DNA of 64,000 nucleotides from Selaginella moellendorffii (Eukaryota; Plantae; Lycopodiophyta): positions 82,282-146,281 of the forward strand of contig NW_003314405.1 in NCBI RefSeq assembly GCF_000143415.4. The letters are read 5' to 3'. Positions 10,342 to 21,637 of this stretch are shown one piece after another. Every line of letters begins with the position of its first letter. The stretch's first letter is position 1. The notes under the pieces are model-generated. The model searched no databases and was not told the origin of the DNA. It saw nothing but the letters and a program-made list of their open reading frames with translations. The translations under genes and the position numbers were made by a program.

Positions 10342-12215
10342 TTACGTAGCTCTCCACCAAGGACTGCTTGCGTGGAAGCTAAAGTTACTTTGTGAGCTTT
10401 CTCGATCAATCGGTTCTTCGTCCACCAGGAGGATATCGATGGTTGTGTCGCCAATCCACGAAATGGACGATGCCTGGAGGCCGATCGCTAGCTTGGGAGC
10501 GCTGGATCCATGGTGAAGGATCCATCTCTCTTCTCGCTCTTCGCTCCACTGGCCATCGTCTCGAAGAACCGGATCGATCGCACGGTTTTGCCGACGAGCA
10601 ATCGCAGCTGGGATGTAAATCGTGTCGCCGAGAATGGGAGCTCCGAGAGCAGCGAATTGAGCTCGAACCTGAGAGTTAAAAAGCTTGGTCTGTATGTCGG
10701 AGAAGAAAAGAGAGAGCTGTATAGAACCTGGTGTGTTTTTCCGGTGAGAAGTTTTACTTCGCATTCGTAAGCGTGACCATCGTGCTCCAACTCGCAATTG
10801 CTGACACCATTCTCGCGTAGTCGTGCCTCCGACGGCCATTCTACTTGGTGGCATTGCAAGACTTCCATCGAGCACAAGTGCCATCCTTGGCGTTTGTCTA
10901 CAAAGGTGATTACTTAGTAGCAGTCTCTGGCATGGTTACTACGATACCTTGACTTAAAAGATGAGGAGCGAAATGATCCGGCCGCATGTAATGGCTCACG
11001 ATTCCTAGCGGAACTGGGAAAGCCGCCAGAACAAGGTACCGTTTGTCCACCTTTCTAGTCTGTTTTTTTCCAATCTGTTAAGCTCGGAATCGAGAAAAGA
11101 TAAAAGTTTTCAATCTCAGACCCGTAGCAGCCGATTGAAGTTCGAGACGAAATCCTTATCCTTGGCAAGAACGACACTACGCCAGCAGGAAAAAGAAAAC
11201 TTTTTGAGAAGAGAAAGCAATGAACTAAGTAAGTTTGCAAAGCAAACCTTTACCATCCTTCAGTGCAGTTGTCAATCTGGTGCGTAACGAGCAGAGGAAA
11301 CGCCATGCCAAGTGCTCGAGATGCAAAAGTGACACACGATTCCTCCAGATTATCAACACTGCCTCCAACCTGAATGAAACTTTCTTTCACGAATCCATTC
11401 TAGATGAGAATAAAAAAAAATTCACATACCGACACACCAGCTGGTTTGTCCAAGACCACAAAGAGATCATTCTCGGCCAGGATCCTGGATTTCCAGTCCA
11501 CTTCATAGCATCTAACCACAAAGAAAACACGAGTATAAACAAGAGAGAAAAAGCAACCAGCCAGAGTTTCTTGCCTGGGAAAACGCCGGGGATGGACGTG
11601 TACTCGCATGTAAGAGCCAGCCTCAACTTCTTCGTGCTTACTCACGATTCTTCGAGCCTTTTGTGATTCCTGGACCGACATTCCTTTCACGCGAGGCAAA
11701 TCCATAGCCAGAGCTCTCTTGTAAAACTCCATATGCTCCTTTGGAGCGGTCTCGGGCGGCTCGGAGCATCGCAGCGCATGGTAGACAGCTCCAAACTCGA
11801 TCAAATCATTCACATATCTGCACAAACGCGAGAAAAGAATAAAGTTACTCACGCAATGATACGAAGAACAATGCGTGCTACTCACAGAGATGGCAGTGAC
11901 AAAGCCTGGCAAAGGTAATCCACCACATTCCCATTCTTTTCCACGAAGAGATGCTCGATCCGCACTGGGAGATCATCGCCAGGGCAAGGGAGGAGGCGAT
12001 CGTAGCAGTAGCTCTCTGGCCTGCTCCAGAAAGAGATCGATTTCAGCTATCGTTGCGCTGCCATGATGCAAAAACTCACATCGATCGATCCATACCTCGC
12101 CTTGGCGACACGGACGCGCTGCTTCTTCCAGATGAGATCGTGGCGCCGCTTCTTGAGCGGCACATCGCACAGATCCCTGGCGCACGCGCGCAAACCTAAA
12201 AAATGGAAGCGCCAT
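10342..12215 (-). CDS. RluA-family RNA pseudouridine synthase (PUS6-like), copy A, multi-exon
   Basis: RVHVHPRRFPR-CYEVDWKSRI, VVLDKPAG, catalytic HQIDNCTEG, VKLLTGKTHQ-VRAQFAALGAPILGD; N-terminus MALPFFRFARVRQGSVRCAA. Confidence 0.88.
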
Positions 12216-12347
12216 AGCGCACAAGACGAATCTATTGAGAAGAATGCCATCTCTTTTAAAAGAGCCCATAGAAAACTAAGTCCAAAGTATACACCACCAA
12301 GAACATCGATGATTCGGAAAAAAATTTCTTCGAATTTACAAACCTCT

Positions 12348-13974
12348 CTACTCGCTACAAACTCTCAAGAATTGCTCCGCTGCCCACGCTTCTCCAGGTT
12401 GCAACACCACCTTATCAAGCTAGACACACACGAATTCCAGAATTCCAGAGCGAAAGAAATGGATGAATCGAATCGAGCAAAAACTTACTTTGGCATTCTC
12501 GACGCAGACGAAGTTCAAGTAGGATTCCTTCAAAGTCAGGTATGGATTCCAGAGCACTGCGTCCGTCCACCTGAAGTTTGCGAGATTTGAGAGGCCAAGC
12601 TCAAGAAAAAAAAAAGGACTCGTAAGTTACGTACCCTTTGTTTCTGATCGAGATGGTATTGCCGAGGCCGTTTTCCAGTATCACTTCTCTCGGGGCATTC
12701 AAGTACATACAATCGTAGAATCCTGAAAACGTTATCTCGTCCCTGGAGAAGAAAACATCTTAGAGAAGTATCATAGCGATGATCAAAAACGAAAAGAATA
12801 AAGCGATATCACTACCTCTTCTCGACACCGGGTGTTGGATTCTTGGGATCGGGGTCTTTGTTCAGAGTTTTACATCCTTTCAAACCTTTGATACACACAT
12901 CACCAATGGCTGCCTGGAAGTTAAACTTAGTCCTCCACAAGCCAAGCAAGTAGGATAGAAGCTTACGTGAAAGTAGTTGTGGAGAGCTGTGGTGAACGAG
13001 AATTCTTTGTTGTCGACATTTTTTACATGAATGTGTGTTTTGAGAGCTTCCGGCTCTAGTGTAACCTGAAAAGAAAGCGGGAGATCATAAGTCCCAATGC
13101 TCTAGATCAGTGGAGAAAAAGACACCTTATACTCGATTTTGAAGTCGCAGTCCCACATGTTGCGGCTGTAATCGGAGGGCCCGAGCTCCAGAGTAACGGA
13201 GGGACAGCCGGAATAGTTTTCAGTCGTCGACAACGTCCATGGAACATTTCTCGCGAAACCATGCTGTTATCGAAACGATTCATAGATAAGCGAAGCGTAA
13301 GAAAAGCATGCACACACCTGTTGCATAACACCTGGTCCAAACTGAGGAAAACAATGAGGGATCCCACCACTACAAAAGAAAAAATTCGCAAGTCATCAAT
13401 CACTGCTCGAGAAGCTTGAAAACTCGTCACCTGATTGGCTTCGTTCCATCAAAGACCGCATCTGGCCTCACGAAGAGCAGCTCGTCTCCAGAAACAGTTC
13501 TCCACGAGGTGATACACGCTCCAAAAAGATAAATCTCTGCAGTGCTGGAAGAAGAAAAAAAACGAAAAAGTTGTAGAAAAAAATCCAAACGCGAGTAAAA
13601 ATCACTACCTTCCTTCAGAGCTACACAGCACTACCTTCGGAAGATCCCCCAGACCACTCTCAACCTCAATGCCTTTGATTCCAAAGTGTTTGTTCATGCT
13701 TTCCACTTCCGAAAATCTAGACAAACAAAAAGGCACGCGGTCATCGGAGCTGAAAATGCAAATCTTTTCGCTGGAGCGAAAAGCAAGCCAAATCCCCAGC
13801 CACATTCTCGCGATGCGATCTCTAGAGAGAATCTTACTTGGATCGCGCAACCAGCGCATTGGCACGGCGCGCTCTCGCCGCCGATGGCACCGCAAACGCT
13901 CTCCGCTGCCATCGATCGCCAAACCCTAGCGGGCGTAGCGCCGGCGCCGAGCACTTTGGGGCCACCCCAGCCAT
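12348..13974 (-). CDS. Putative plastid glucose-6-phosphate 1-epimerase (aldose 1-epimerase family), multi-exon
   Basis: Transit-like MAGVAPKCSAPALRP...; AEIYLFGACITSW, LLFVRPDAVF, GIPHCFPQFG, HGFARN, ALHNYF, VLWNP, FVCVENA. Confidence 0.85.
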
Positions 13975-14119
13975 CGTCCTCCTCTCCAGAGTAGGGCATC
14001 TCAAGTCAAATTTCAAAGCATATTCTTCAAACATCCCTAAGCTCTAAGTGTTTCAAATGATCTTCCAATGTTTCATTGAAGATTAAAACATTATCAATTA
14101 TAAGAATAAAGGATAAATT

Positions 14120-15403
14120 TCAACGAAGGAACTTTGCAGCAACACTTTTTGCTTCTCCAAACATGTGTGCTGCTTTTAAACAATGGATTGCCCCCATGCA
14201 CGTCTCATAGTCTGGGTTATCCACCAGCAGAAACGAGAGTAGAAGACTCATAGGCACAAAACACTTATCCTTGCGCATAACTCTGAAGGGTGTGAAGAAT
14301 TCCTTACAACATAAAGGATAGACCCGGTAATCACCTGATGCAACCAAGCTCTCAAAAAACTCTTGTATTTGTGATTTTTCATATCTGATCCTCAGACTCT
14401 TCATAACAATTGCAGCCTTTTCATCGTAATTTCCAAATTCCATGAGCAGTGCAACAGCATCAGGCACCCAGTGAGACACCACTAATTCAAACACACATTC
14501 TGTGACATCCAAGTCGTCAACTTCCATGGCATTCGTTCGCTTTACTTCCTTCACCACCTTCATTGCATTGTCAAAACTCCCTTTGCAGCAATGCTTTAGC
14601 ACTAACCTGTAGCACTTTGGTGTTGCTGCAACCTCACATTCATCCGCCATTGCAAGAAACAGATGAAACGACTGGGATGGAGCAGATGTTATCAACTTGT
14701 CATACAGCTCAACTGAAGGCTTGTACCCAAAAGACTTCATTTGCTGCAGTGCTTTTGTAGCCTTTTCTGTCGAAGAAGATGCCATCTCTATGATGATCTT
14801 CCCGTAGATAGTCTCCTCCGAAGTAGAATCGCCAGCCTCCACTATTAAACTCGTAGCCCTAGCCATCTGTGAGGGATCCTCTCCCACTAACCGGGCTGCA
14901 AATCTGATTGCGTTCAGCTTCAAGCCTTTTGACCGTGCCTCTCTCACAAAAGCAAGAGCCTCATCACAGCTTTTACACATGTTTAGCATGTAGTCATATA
15001 ACCTTGTTGCCCCAGCCTCATCGCCTCTCATGAAAAAATCAATCTCGCCTCTCGCCTCCGAGAACAAATCAAACGCCATCTCTCGTGATAAATTCCACTC
15101 CGTTCTTGCTCTCTCAAACAACCTAAGGTTGCGTTTGTAGCTAAGGGCCTTCATTTGCTTTAGCACGTCCCTTGCGTCCCTTGCATACATAGCAGAAACC
15201 TCCTTCGGCAAGCTAAACAACACCATCTCAAACGTTTGAGAATCACATCTTTTGTTGAGATTTACCAAAGCTGTCCTAAACCATCCGGATTTCACCAAAT
15301 GTTGTACCACTTCCTGGCGATAATATCCCTCTGTAGCTCTGTCAATTTTAAGGAGATCCTCAGGCGCCAGATACTCCATCACCAATAACAAAGCCATCTT
15401 CAT
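14120..15403 (-). CDS. Degenerate P-type PPR-like helical repeat protein, 427 aa, intronless
   Basis: PPR-like units such as YGKIIIEM...KALQQMKSFGYKPSVELYDKLI and CYRLVLKHCCKGSFDNAMKVVKEV. Confidence 0.6.
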   Translation of the reverse strand: MKMALLLVMEYLAPEDLLKIDRATEGYYRQEVVQHLVKSGWFRTALVNLNKRCDSQTFEMVLFSLPKEVSAMYARDARDVLKQMKALSYKRNLRLFERARTEWNLSREMAFDLFSEARGEIDFFMRGDEAGATRLYDYMLNMCKSCDEALAFVREARSKGLKLNAIRFAARLVGEDPSQMARATSLIVEAGDSTSEETIYGKIIIEMASSSTEKATKALQQMKSFGYKPSVELYDKLITSAPSQSFHLFLAMADECEVAATPKCYRLVLKHCCKGSFDNAMKVVKEVKRTNAMEVDDLDVTECVFELVVSHWVPDAVALLMEFGNYDEKAAIVMKSLRIRYEKSQIQEFFESLVASGDYRVYPLCCKEFFTPFRVMRKDKCFVPMSLLLSFLLVDNPDYETCMGAIHCLKAAHMFGEAKSVAAKFLR

Positions 15404-15476
15404 AGTAGGGTAAATATTCTCACTATCAAAAGTTTATAAAAGTTTATTTATAATCTTAAGCTAAATTAGAGCAATG

Positions 15477-17429
15477 CTATGGAAAAGTTTCTTGGCGATC
15501 CAACTGCTTTGCCTCTGCCTCTAAGCCCAGCTCCACAAAGGACATGAGGAAATAGACGTAGAGGAGCGCTCCAACCAAGAGCAGCCCCACGAATGAGCAC
15601 ACCATCCAAAACACGATCCACTTTGGAGTGATCTGGATGCTCGAAGTGGTCGTCACCAGGAAGTAGATCTCGTTGGACCTCTGAAGAACAGTCCCCGAGG
15701 TGGCCAACTCGGGCTCCGTCTGGATGTCTCCGATGCTCTTGTAGAGAGCAAACATGCTCCACATTGCAGCTGTGCAAATCACCACTCCCCGGATCCCTGT
15801 TCGAAAGAAGTGCATCCCAATCCTCCGCTTCACCCAGTCCTTGAAGTCCGCGGCCCAGTCGAGCACCATGTCTTCCACGTCCTGGAGCTTCTTGCTCAGC
15901 ATCCCGGCGACGGTGAGGAGCAGTGCCAGCAGCGTCGTCACAATCTCGATCGAGACGTCCGACCTCTTGGACGAGCCTTTCTTCCACTCCCGCTCTCCAA
16001 CCCGTTTCACGTCCGCCACTCGAGCAAAGGCTTGGAGGTTCTTGAGCAGCAGCTCCGCTTCTTGCTTGGTCTTCACCTCGTCCAGCCCCAGCAGGCAAGT
16101 CTCGCGATCGATCTGGCCACGCTCGATCCCGCAGTGCACGTCGTCCGTGACTTCCACTGGCACTTTGGCTTCCAGAGTGTCTAGAATCGCTCCCTCGAGG
16201 ATCCGCTGCTGGTACTTCTCGAAGACGCTGGCGCTCTTCTTAATCGCCTCGAGAACAACTTCGCCTGGTCTCGAGCAGAAGCTCAAGAGAGCAGCGCCGT
16301 CTTGAGCACCTGGCTTGGTTTCCCGCTGCTGCAGCCACCCGTGGACACAGTCATCCACACGCTTCTGTGCCTCGAGCATCTCTGACACGTTGAAAGTCAC
16401 GTTGATCCCCAAGTGTAGATCCCACCGGGAGCTGTACGAGAAGTAGACGATCGAGACGAGGACATCGGCTATTCTCGGTTCTCCCCAGAAAGAGTTGCTA
16501 TCCTCGCAGCGGCTGGAGTTGAGCTTCACGCGCAGATCTTCGTCCGAAGTCGAGCTGCCGGTGATGTTTAGTCCCACGAAGCAAACCGAGCCCTTGCAGG
16601 CACACTGGTGGCTCGGGAACGCAAGGTACGAGATGATGTCCGGCGTGTAGACGATCGGTGTGGACTTCTTGCATGGCTTGCCGGAGTAAATGTACTGCCA
16701 GTAGCGTCCCTTGTCGACCCGGTCGTTGATCATCAGGCACTGGCTTGTTCTCGCGTTCCCAGCAAAGTTGCTCAGGTAGCTTCCATGCTTGGCATAAGGA
16801 TTTCTCTCCTGGTACGGGTTGGCCGAGGCTCTTCGAAACGGGACCGCGGACATGAGCAGTGCAAATTCGCCTTCTTTTCCAGTCCAGACGATTGGAGTCG
16901 TCCACAGGCAAGAATTCTGCAGAGGATCGGTGGTGGTGAAGCAGATTCGGACACTCATCCCCCAGTTGATGACCATAGTCCATATCCAGCTGCTGCTTTT
17001 CCGAGCTATGACCCCTCCCAAAACGTGTGGATCCGGCGAGTTGTAGAAGAAGCTGGTGTTGTGCCGTGTCATATTCCCGGCAACTCGCCATACACTCGCT
17101 CGCTGGTAACCGAGAGTAGCACGCTCGATCGGAAGGTCTTTGAAAGCAGATGGTAGCGACGTGCTGGCGATCCATTTGTAGAACGGGTCGTAAGTGGTGG
17201 CAAAGAAGTTTGTTTCCCAGCAAGTAGAGCCTTCTTCCTGGATCAGATCGCTGTAAAACTCTGGCGCGAGGCTCTGAGCTCCAAAGAAGCGTATTTTGCC
17301 GAAAATCATCACGGCTACTGCTGCACAGAGCGCGCCGACCATCACGAGAGCCGCCACTATTTTATCCTTTCGTGACAGCCACGTCCGAAGATTTGTTGCT
17401 TGCCTTTTCATGTTGTCATTGGAAGCCAT
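15477..17429 (-). CDS. Orphan membrane protein, 650 aa (one N-terminal TM, large Cys-rich loop, three C-terminal TMs)
   Basis: Long GC-rich intronless ORF. Hydrophobic segments IVAALVMVGALCAAVAVMIFG, IVTTLLALLLTVAGML, GVVICTAAMWSMFALY, WIVFWMVCSFVGLLLVGALLYVYFLM. Several N-x-S/T sites. Confidence 0.75.
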   Translation of the reverse strand: MASNDNMKRQATNLRTWLSRKDKIVAALVMVGALCAAVAVMIFGKIRFFGAQSLAPEFYSDLIQEEGSTCWETNFFATTYDPFYKWIASTSLPSAFKDLPIERATLGYQRASVWRVAGNMTRHNTSFFYNSPDPHVLGGVIARKSSSWIWTMVINWGMSVRICFTTTDPLQNSCLWTTPIVWTGKEGEFALLMSAVPFRRASANPYQERNPYAKHGSYLSNFAGNARTSQCLMINDRVDKGRYWQYIYSGKPCKKSTPIVYTPDIISYLAFPSHQCACKGSVCFVGLNITGSSTSDEDLRVKLNSSRCEDSNSFWGEPRIADVLVSIVYFSYSSRWDLHLGINVTFNVSEMLEAQKRVDDCVHGWLQQRETKPGAQDGAALLSFCSRPGEVVLEAIKKSASVFEKYQQRILEGAILDTLEAKVPVEVTDDVHCGIERGQIDRETCLLGLDEVKTKQEAELLLKNLQAFARVADVKRVGEREWKKGSSKRSDVSIEIVTTLLALLLTVAGMLSKKLQDVEDMVLDWAADFKDWVKRRIGMHFFRTGIRGVVICTAAMWSMFALYKSIGDIQTEPELATSGTVLQRSNEIYFLVTTTSSIQITPKWIVFWMVCSFVGLLLVGALLYVYFLMSFVELGLEAEAKQLDRQETFP

Positions 17430-18442
17430 CTTCGAGTAGCAGTGTTGATCGCTTGAGGAATAAGCTAGGGAGAAAAGGAGAAATATGAGGACCAGACAAA
17501 AGCAAGTGAGAAACTAGTCTTACTTTGTGAGAAGCCTCGAGAAGTGAGAGTTTTCTGGCTGGTTCAGAGTGTACACTGCAAAACAGATGCGAGAAGGAAA
17601 GTGAGATCGAGAGTTCTGTAAGAGATGAGTTTTATACGAGCACCTTAGGAAGAACCACTGCAGCAAGGGAGCATTATTGCTAGTCATCTTCGAAAACGTG
17701 GCTATAGCTTCCTTGCATGGAAACCATAGCTGTATAGAACGTATGTCCTCTAGCTTTGAGAACCATACAGAAGCAAAGTACCTGTAGCATTTTGGAAAAT
17801 CATTGCAGTAAGATCATCCAGGGCCGCGAAGCTTACTTCTTTTAAGAAATTAACGACAAGGGCCATGTCGCCTTCGAATTTCCACTCACGAGTGAGTACC
17901 TGGGATATTTTTTGACAATCCATCCAGCCTATGGATGAAGGGACCTGCTACACTGGAGACCTGGCATCCACTACCAAACCATCAATGTCAGGTATTGATC
18001 ATCCAAGAGAAAAGAACACCAAAAACTCGCCTGGAATTGTTCCACAAGAGCCAGAACCAGGATTGTAGGCGAGTTCCTGACTTCCTGTTCATAGAGGCAC
18101 CAAGCCAGGGGTTTTTTCTTATAGCAATGCGCTTACCTCTCTAGAAAGCTCCATGAGACGAGCCACGAAAATGTATGCCCTCCATTTGATGATGCTAGTC
18201 GCAAGAAACATGGGAGGATTTTGCAGCGCGCCTTGATAATCCAAACCACGAGCCTGCGCTGCCAAATCGATCATCTTTTCCCTCCTGCGAAGAGATCATC
18301 TAGAGTAAGAACCCTAGAACGCGAAAGCGGGAAAATGAAAACCCCGATACTGCCAGGATTCGAACCCACGAAATCTAATACTCAGTAAAATTTTAATTCT
18401 GGCATATTCGCAAGATATGCGCTAGGGTTTTTGGAGAGGTTT

Positions 18443-20413
18443 ATGGCCGCGGCATTGCTGCGCCGAGCTCGTCGCTTTGCTTCGCCGCTCTCGCAATGCC
18501 ACTCCCAGCAGCAATCTCGCGGCCTCAAATATCATCTCAAGCCCTCCGCGCAGAAGATCGCGGACGAAGAGGCCGCCTCCATTGCGACGATCTTGACGAC
18601 TCCAGGAGTAACATCTGCGGATAGGTTTGCTACATTTCCTTCTGCTGTTCAAACGAAGCGTAGCACATATTTTCTCTAGGTAAAGCTTTCAAATTTTCCT
18701 CTTTGTTCTTCCAGGCCGGGCACTGGATATAAGCGCTTGCTTCCTTGCCCTTCTACACAACTTGGCCCACGAATCGAGCATCTCTTGGTCAAGAAAAAAG
18801 GAACCGTGCTGAGTATCGTCAGCGAAGTTCTCAAGCTTCCATCAGAGTAAGCATCGAAAACTTTCCCGGTTTGTTTCTTCGAAAGGAACTTGGCTTGAAA
18901 GCTTGGGTGGTTTGCGTAGATATGTGGCCGATTTGATGTCCTTTGGCGCTGTCCATCACGCATTGCGCTGTCCCAAGCCTCCGCTCAACCTCACTCCTCA
19001 GCAAGTCCAGCTCTTCAAGAAAGCTTCGCCGAAGAAATGGCCGGTTCTTGACAGAGTTTCTTTGGTGGAAGCACGAAAGCCTGAAAGGGTGACGGATCCA
19101 AATCACTATGCCGAGCCCGGATCGTACATTCGTGTCCACGTCCATCCCAAGCGGTTCCCGAGGTTCCATCAGAGTTGTTCTACTGAGTTGTCAGAGTTTT
19201 CTTTCTCCCGTTTTTCCAGATGCTATGAAGTTGACTGGAGATCAAGGATCATTGCCAACGAAGAGTCTTTTGTGGTGCTAAACAAGCCAGCGGGTGTGTC
19301 GGTACGTTTGTTCTCGAGTTTTTATCAGCCGTGCTCATGCTTTTGATGCACAGGTCGGTGGAAGCGTGGATAACGTCGAGGAGATTTGTTCGACTTTTGC
19401 CACACGAGCCTTGAATCTTGAGCAGCCGCTTGTGACGACGCATCAGCTGGACAATTGCACCGAAGGCTGGTAATTTTTTTCGACAGTGATACCATCTGTC
19501 CTGATATTCTTGTGTGCTTTTCTTCCTCAAGCCTGCTACTCGCAAAGAACAATGAGTTTGCCTCACGCTTCCACAGGTTTCTCAAGGTCGGCTTTATAAA
19601 ACTCGCAGTAGCTAAAGCAAGGCACTAACTTCGAAAAGCTATGCATTCATCAGGAAAATAAAGTGGAGAAGTTTTATCTGGCGCTGGCAGCAGCTCCAGT
19701 TCCTCTCGGAAAAACTGCTCACTACATGCGATCTGATAAGTACCCGCCGCGTATCATGAGCAACAGTAAGCAAAAAGTTCTCTTTTCTAGTCTTTGTCAT
19801 GGCTTTGCTTTTCTCTAACTTTTATTCGCCGTAGACGAACGCTTGGGATGGCAGTTGTGCGTGATGCACGTCCTCGAATGCAAGCAGGTTCCGTGGCCAT
19901 CAGAAGCCGCGCTGTCCGAGTATCAGGTACAGCCTTGCGGGTGGACAAAGTCCAAGTTTGCGTACGAATGTAGAGTGAAGCTGCTCACGGGTCTAACACA
20001 TCAGGTGACAATAATATTTTTCGTGGTCATTGCTTACGTGTGAAACAAATTTTTTCCTCCAGCTCCGTGCACAATTTTCAGCTTTGGGATCTCCACTGAT
20101 AGGGGATTCTCTCTACATGCCAGCAGCGGCAGCGCGGCTGGAAAACCCCGAGCTAGATCCATTTCTAGACACAAGGAAGAAGGAGATAGCCGATGAAGAA
20201 GCGGGGATTGAGAAATCTCCGGCCGAGTCCAAGCAGCTCGAGAAGAAGTGGATCTCTCTACATGGTTCTGAGCCGCTGCTGGGAATAGGCCTCCAGTCCT
20301 GTGAAATCGGCTGGAAAGACGAAGGAGAAGTGTTGAGGTTTCGAGCTGGGAAGCCATGGTGGAGAACCGAAGAACACCAGGAAGAAGCAGCTACAGTGCC
20401 TTGTGAAAGCTAG
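18443..20413 (+). CDS. RluA-family RNA pseudouridine synthase (PUS6-like), copy B, multi-exon
   Basis: RVHVHPKRFPR-CYEVDWRSRI, VVLNKPAG, HQLDNCTEG, VKLLTGLTHQ-LRAQFSALGSPLIGD; N-terminus MAAALLRRARRFAS. Confidence 0.88.
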
Positions 20414-20898
20414 CTACTTTGGCACTTCTTACAGCTATAGGGGGTGTTTACCGGCAGGATCAACTCTCTGGAAGTCTAGCTCTTCGCAGATCAGCTTTCC
20501 AGGCACAGGGATTTACCAGGGACAAGATTAGAGTGGTGATAGATAGCTCAACGCTGAGTAGATGCGATTCTGGGGCCGGGAAAAAAAAAGGTAGAAGATA
20601 TGGTGCTCTGAAACGGATCGGCTATAAAGAATCTCGAGCTCATCCGGAAGAACGTGGCATGTTTTGTCTGCCGAGTTTGATTTTGCTGGTGGTAAGTAAG
20701 TCGTTGGTAAGCAATGACTGGTAGCAGCTCTCAAATCATGTTGATTTAATCTTTCTCTTTCGCTCACCAGTTTTTCGTGTAGATTCTAGAAAGATTTGGC
20801 TAGTTCCCCACTTGTCTGGAGAAAGTCTCTACACTTGTGCTGTTTAAAGAAAGAGTTTTTCGCCTCGAGGAAGAACAGTTTTTTCGCCTTTTGCAGTG

Positions 20899-21526
20899 AT
20901 GGGCCTTTTTTCTCGGCTGCGACACAGGCATCATCACCACGAGGTATGATTGATCGTTTAAAGTTCGCTATAGAAATGCTGTTCCAAGTTTCTAAGTTCT
21001 TGTTCTCCAGGAAGAAGAAGAACACTCAGCAGGAAAAGACCATGTTTCCAATGAGCAAGAGCTCATTGTCGAGCAGCAGGAGCAGCAGCAGCAGCATCAC
21101 GAGAGGAAGCCGGAGAATGAAATGCTGTTGCCACTGGAAGAGCCAATTGAGCCCCCAGAAAACATCCTCCCGATCAAGTGTCCGCATCCAGAGCCGTGCA
21201 TCGTTCATGTAAGTTCTTCCTCTCTAAGTCTTGTTCTTGCTTAGAACTTCCATCGACTGGATCGGAGAGAGCTCACAGCGATGGCCACTTCGCCTTTGTC
21301 GGTGTAGGATGGAAGGATCTGGAAGGAGCGAATCGCCGCAAAACGCTCGAGCAGCGTTGGAGCAAACACAGATGGAAGAACGCATCACTCTCGAGCTGGA
21401 AGCATGCGTCTAGAACTTCTTCCGCGCAACCATGTTGGTGTCCAGGCCGCGCACACTCCCGCATCGCCCACGGTGATAACTTCGTACAGCGCTCCAGAGA
21501 AAGCGTTAATAACGATGCTGGATTAA
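20899..21526 (+). CDS. Small conserved plant protein of unknown function (3 coding exons)
   Basis: Spliced translation MGLFSRLRHRHHHHE / ...EPIEPPENILPIKCPHPEPCIVH / DGRIWKERI...SYSAPEKALITMLD*. The CP.PEPCIVHDGRIWKER and SAPE motifs are recalled from an uncharacterised land-plant family. Confidence 0.7.
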
Positions 21527-21637
21527 TTACCATAGTGGGATTTTGGCTAGTGCTAAATAAACACGGGTTAATCCTAGGGCGGGTTTTACAGGGGTTTAGG
21601 GCTCTTGGGAGGAAATGTAGATCGTCCTGGGCGGGCG

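Noticed and set aside
15466-17223. Long overlapping or antisense ORFs in the 650-aa gene (similar ones in the UGT, PPR and phosphatase genes)
   Set aside because: These are expected shadows of GC-rich coding sequence and show no motifs.
18345-18430. tRNA-like signal on the - strand (GGTTCGAATCC plus a GCATAT/ATATGC hairpin)
   Set aside because: No acceptor or D stem with correct spacing could be built; at most an isolated B-box.
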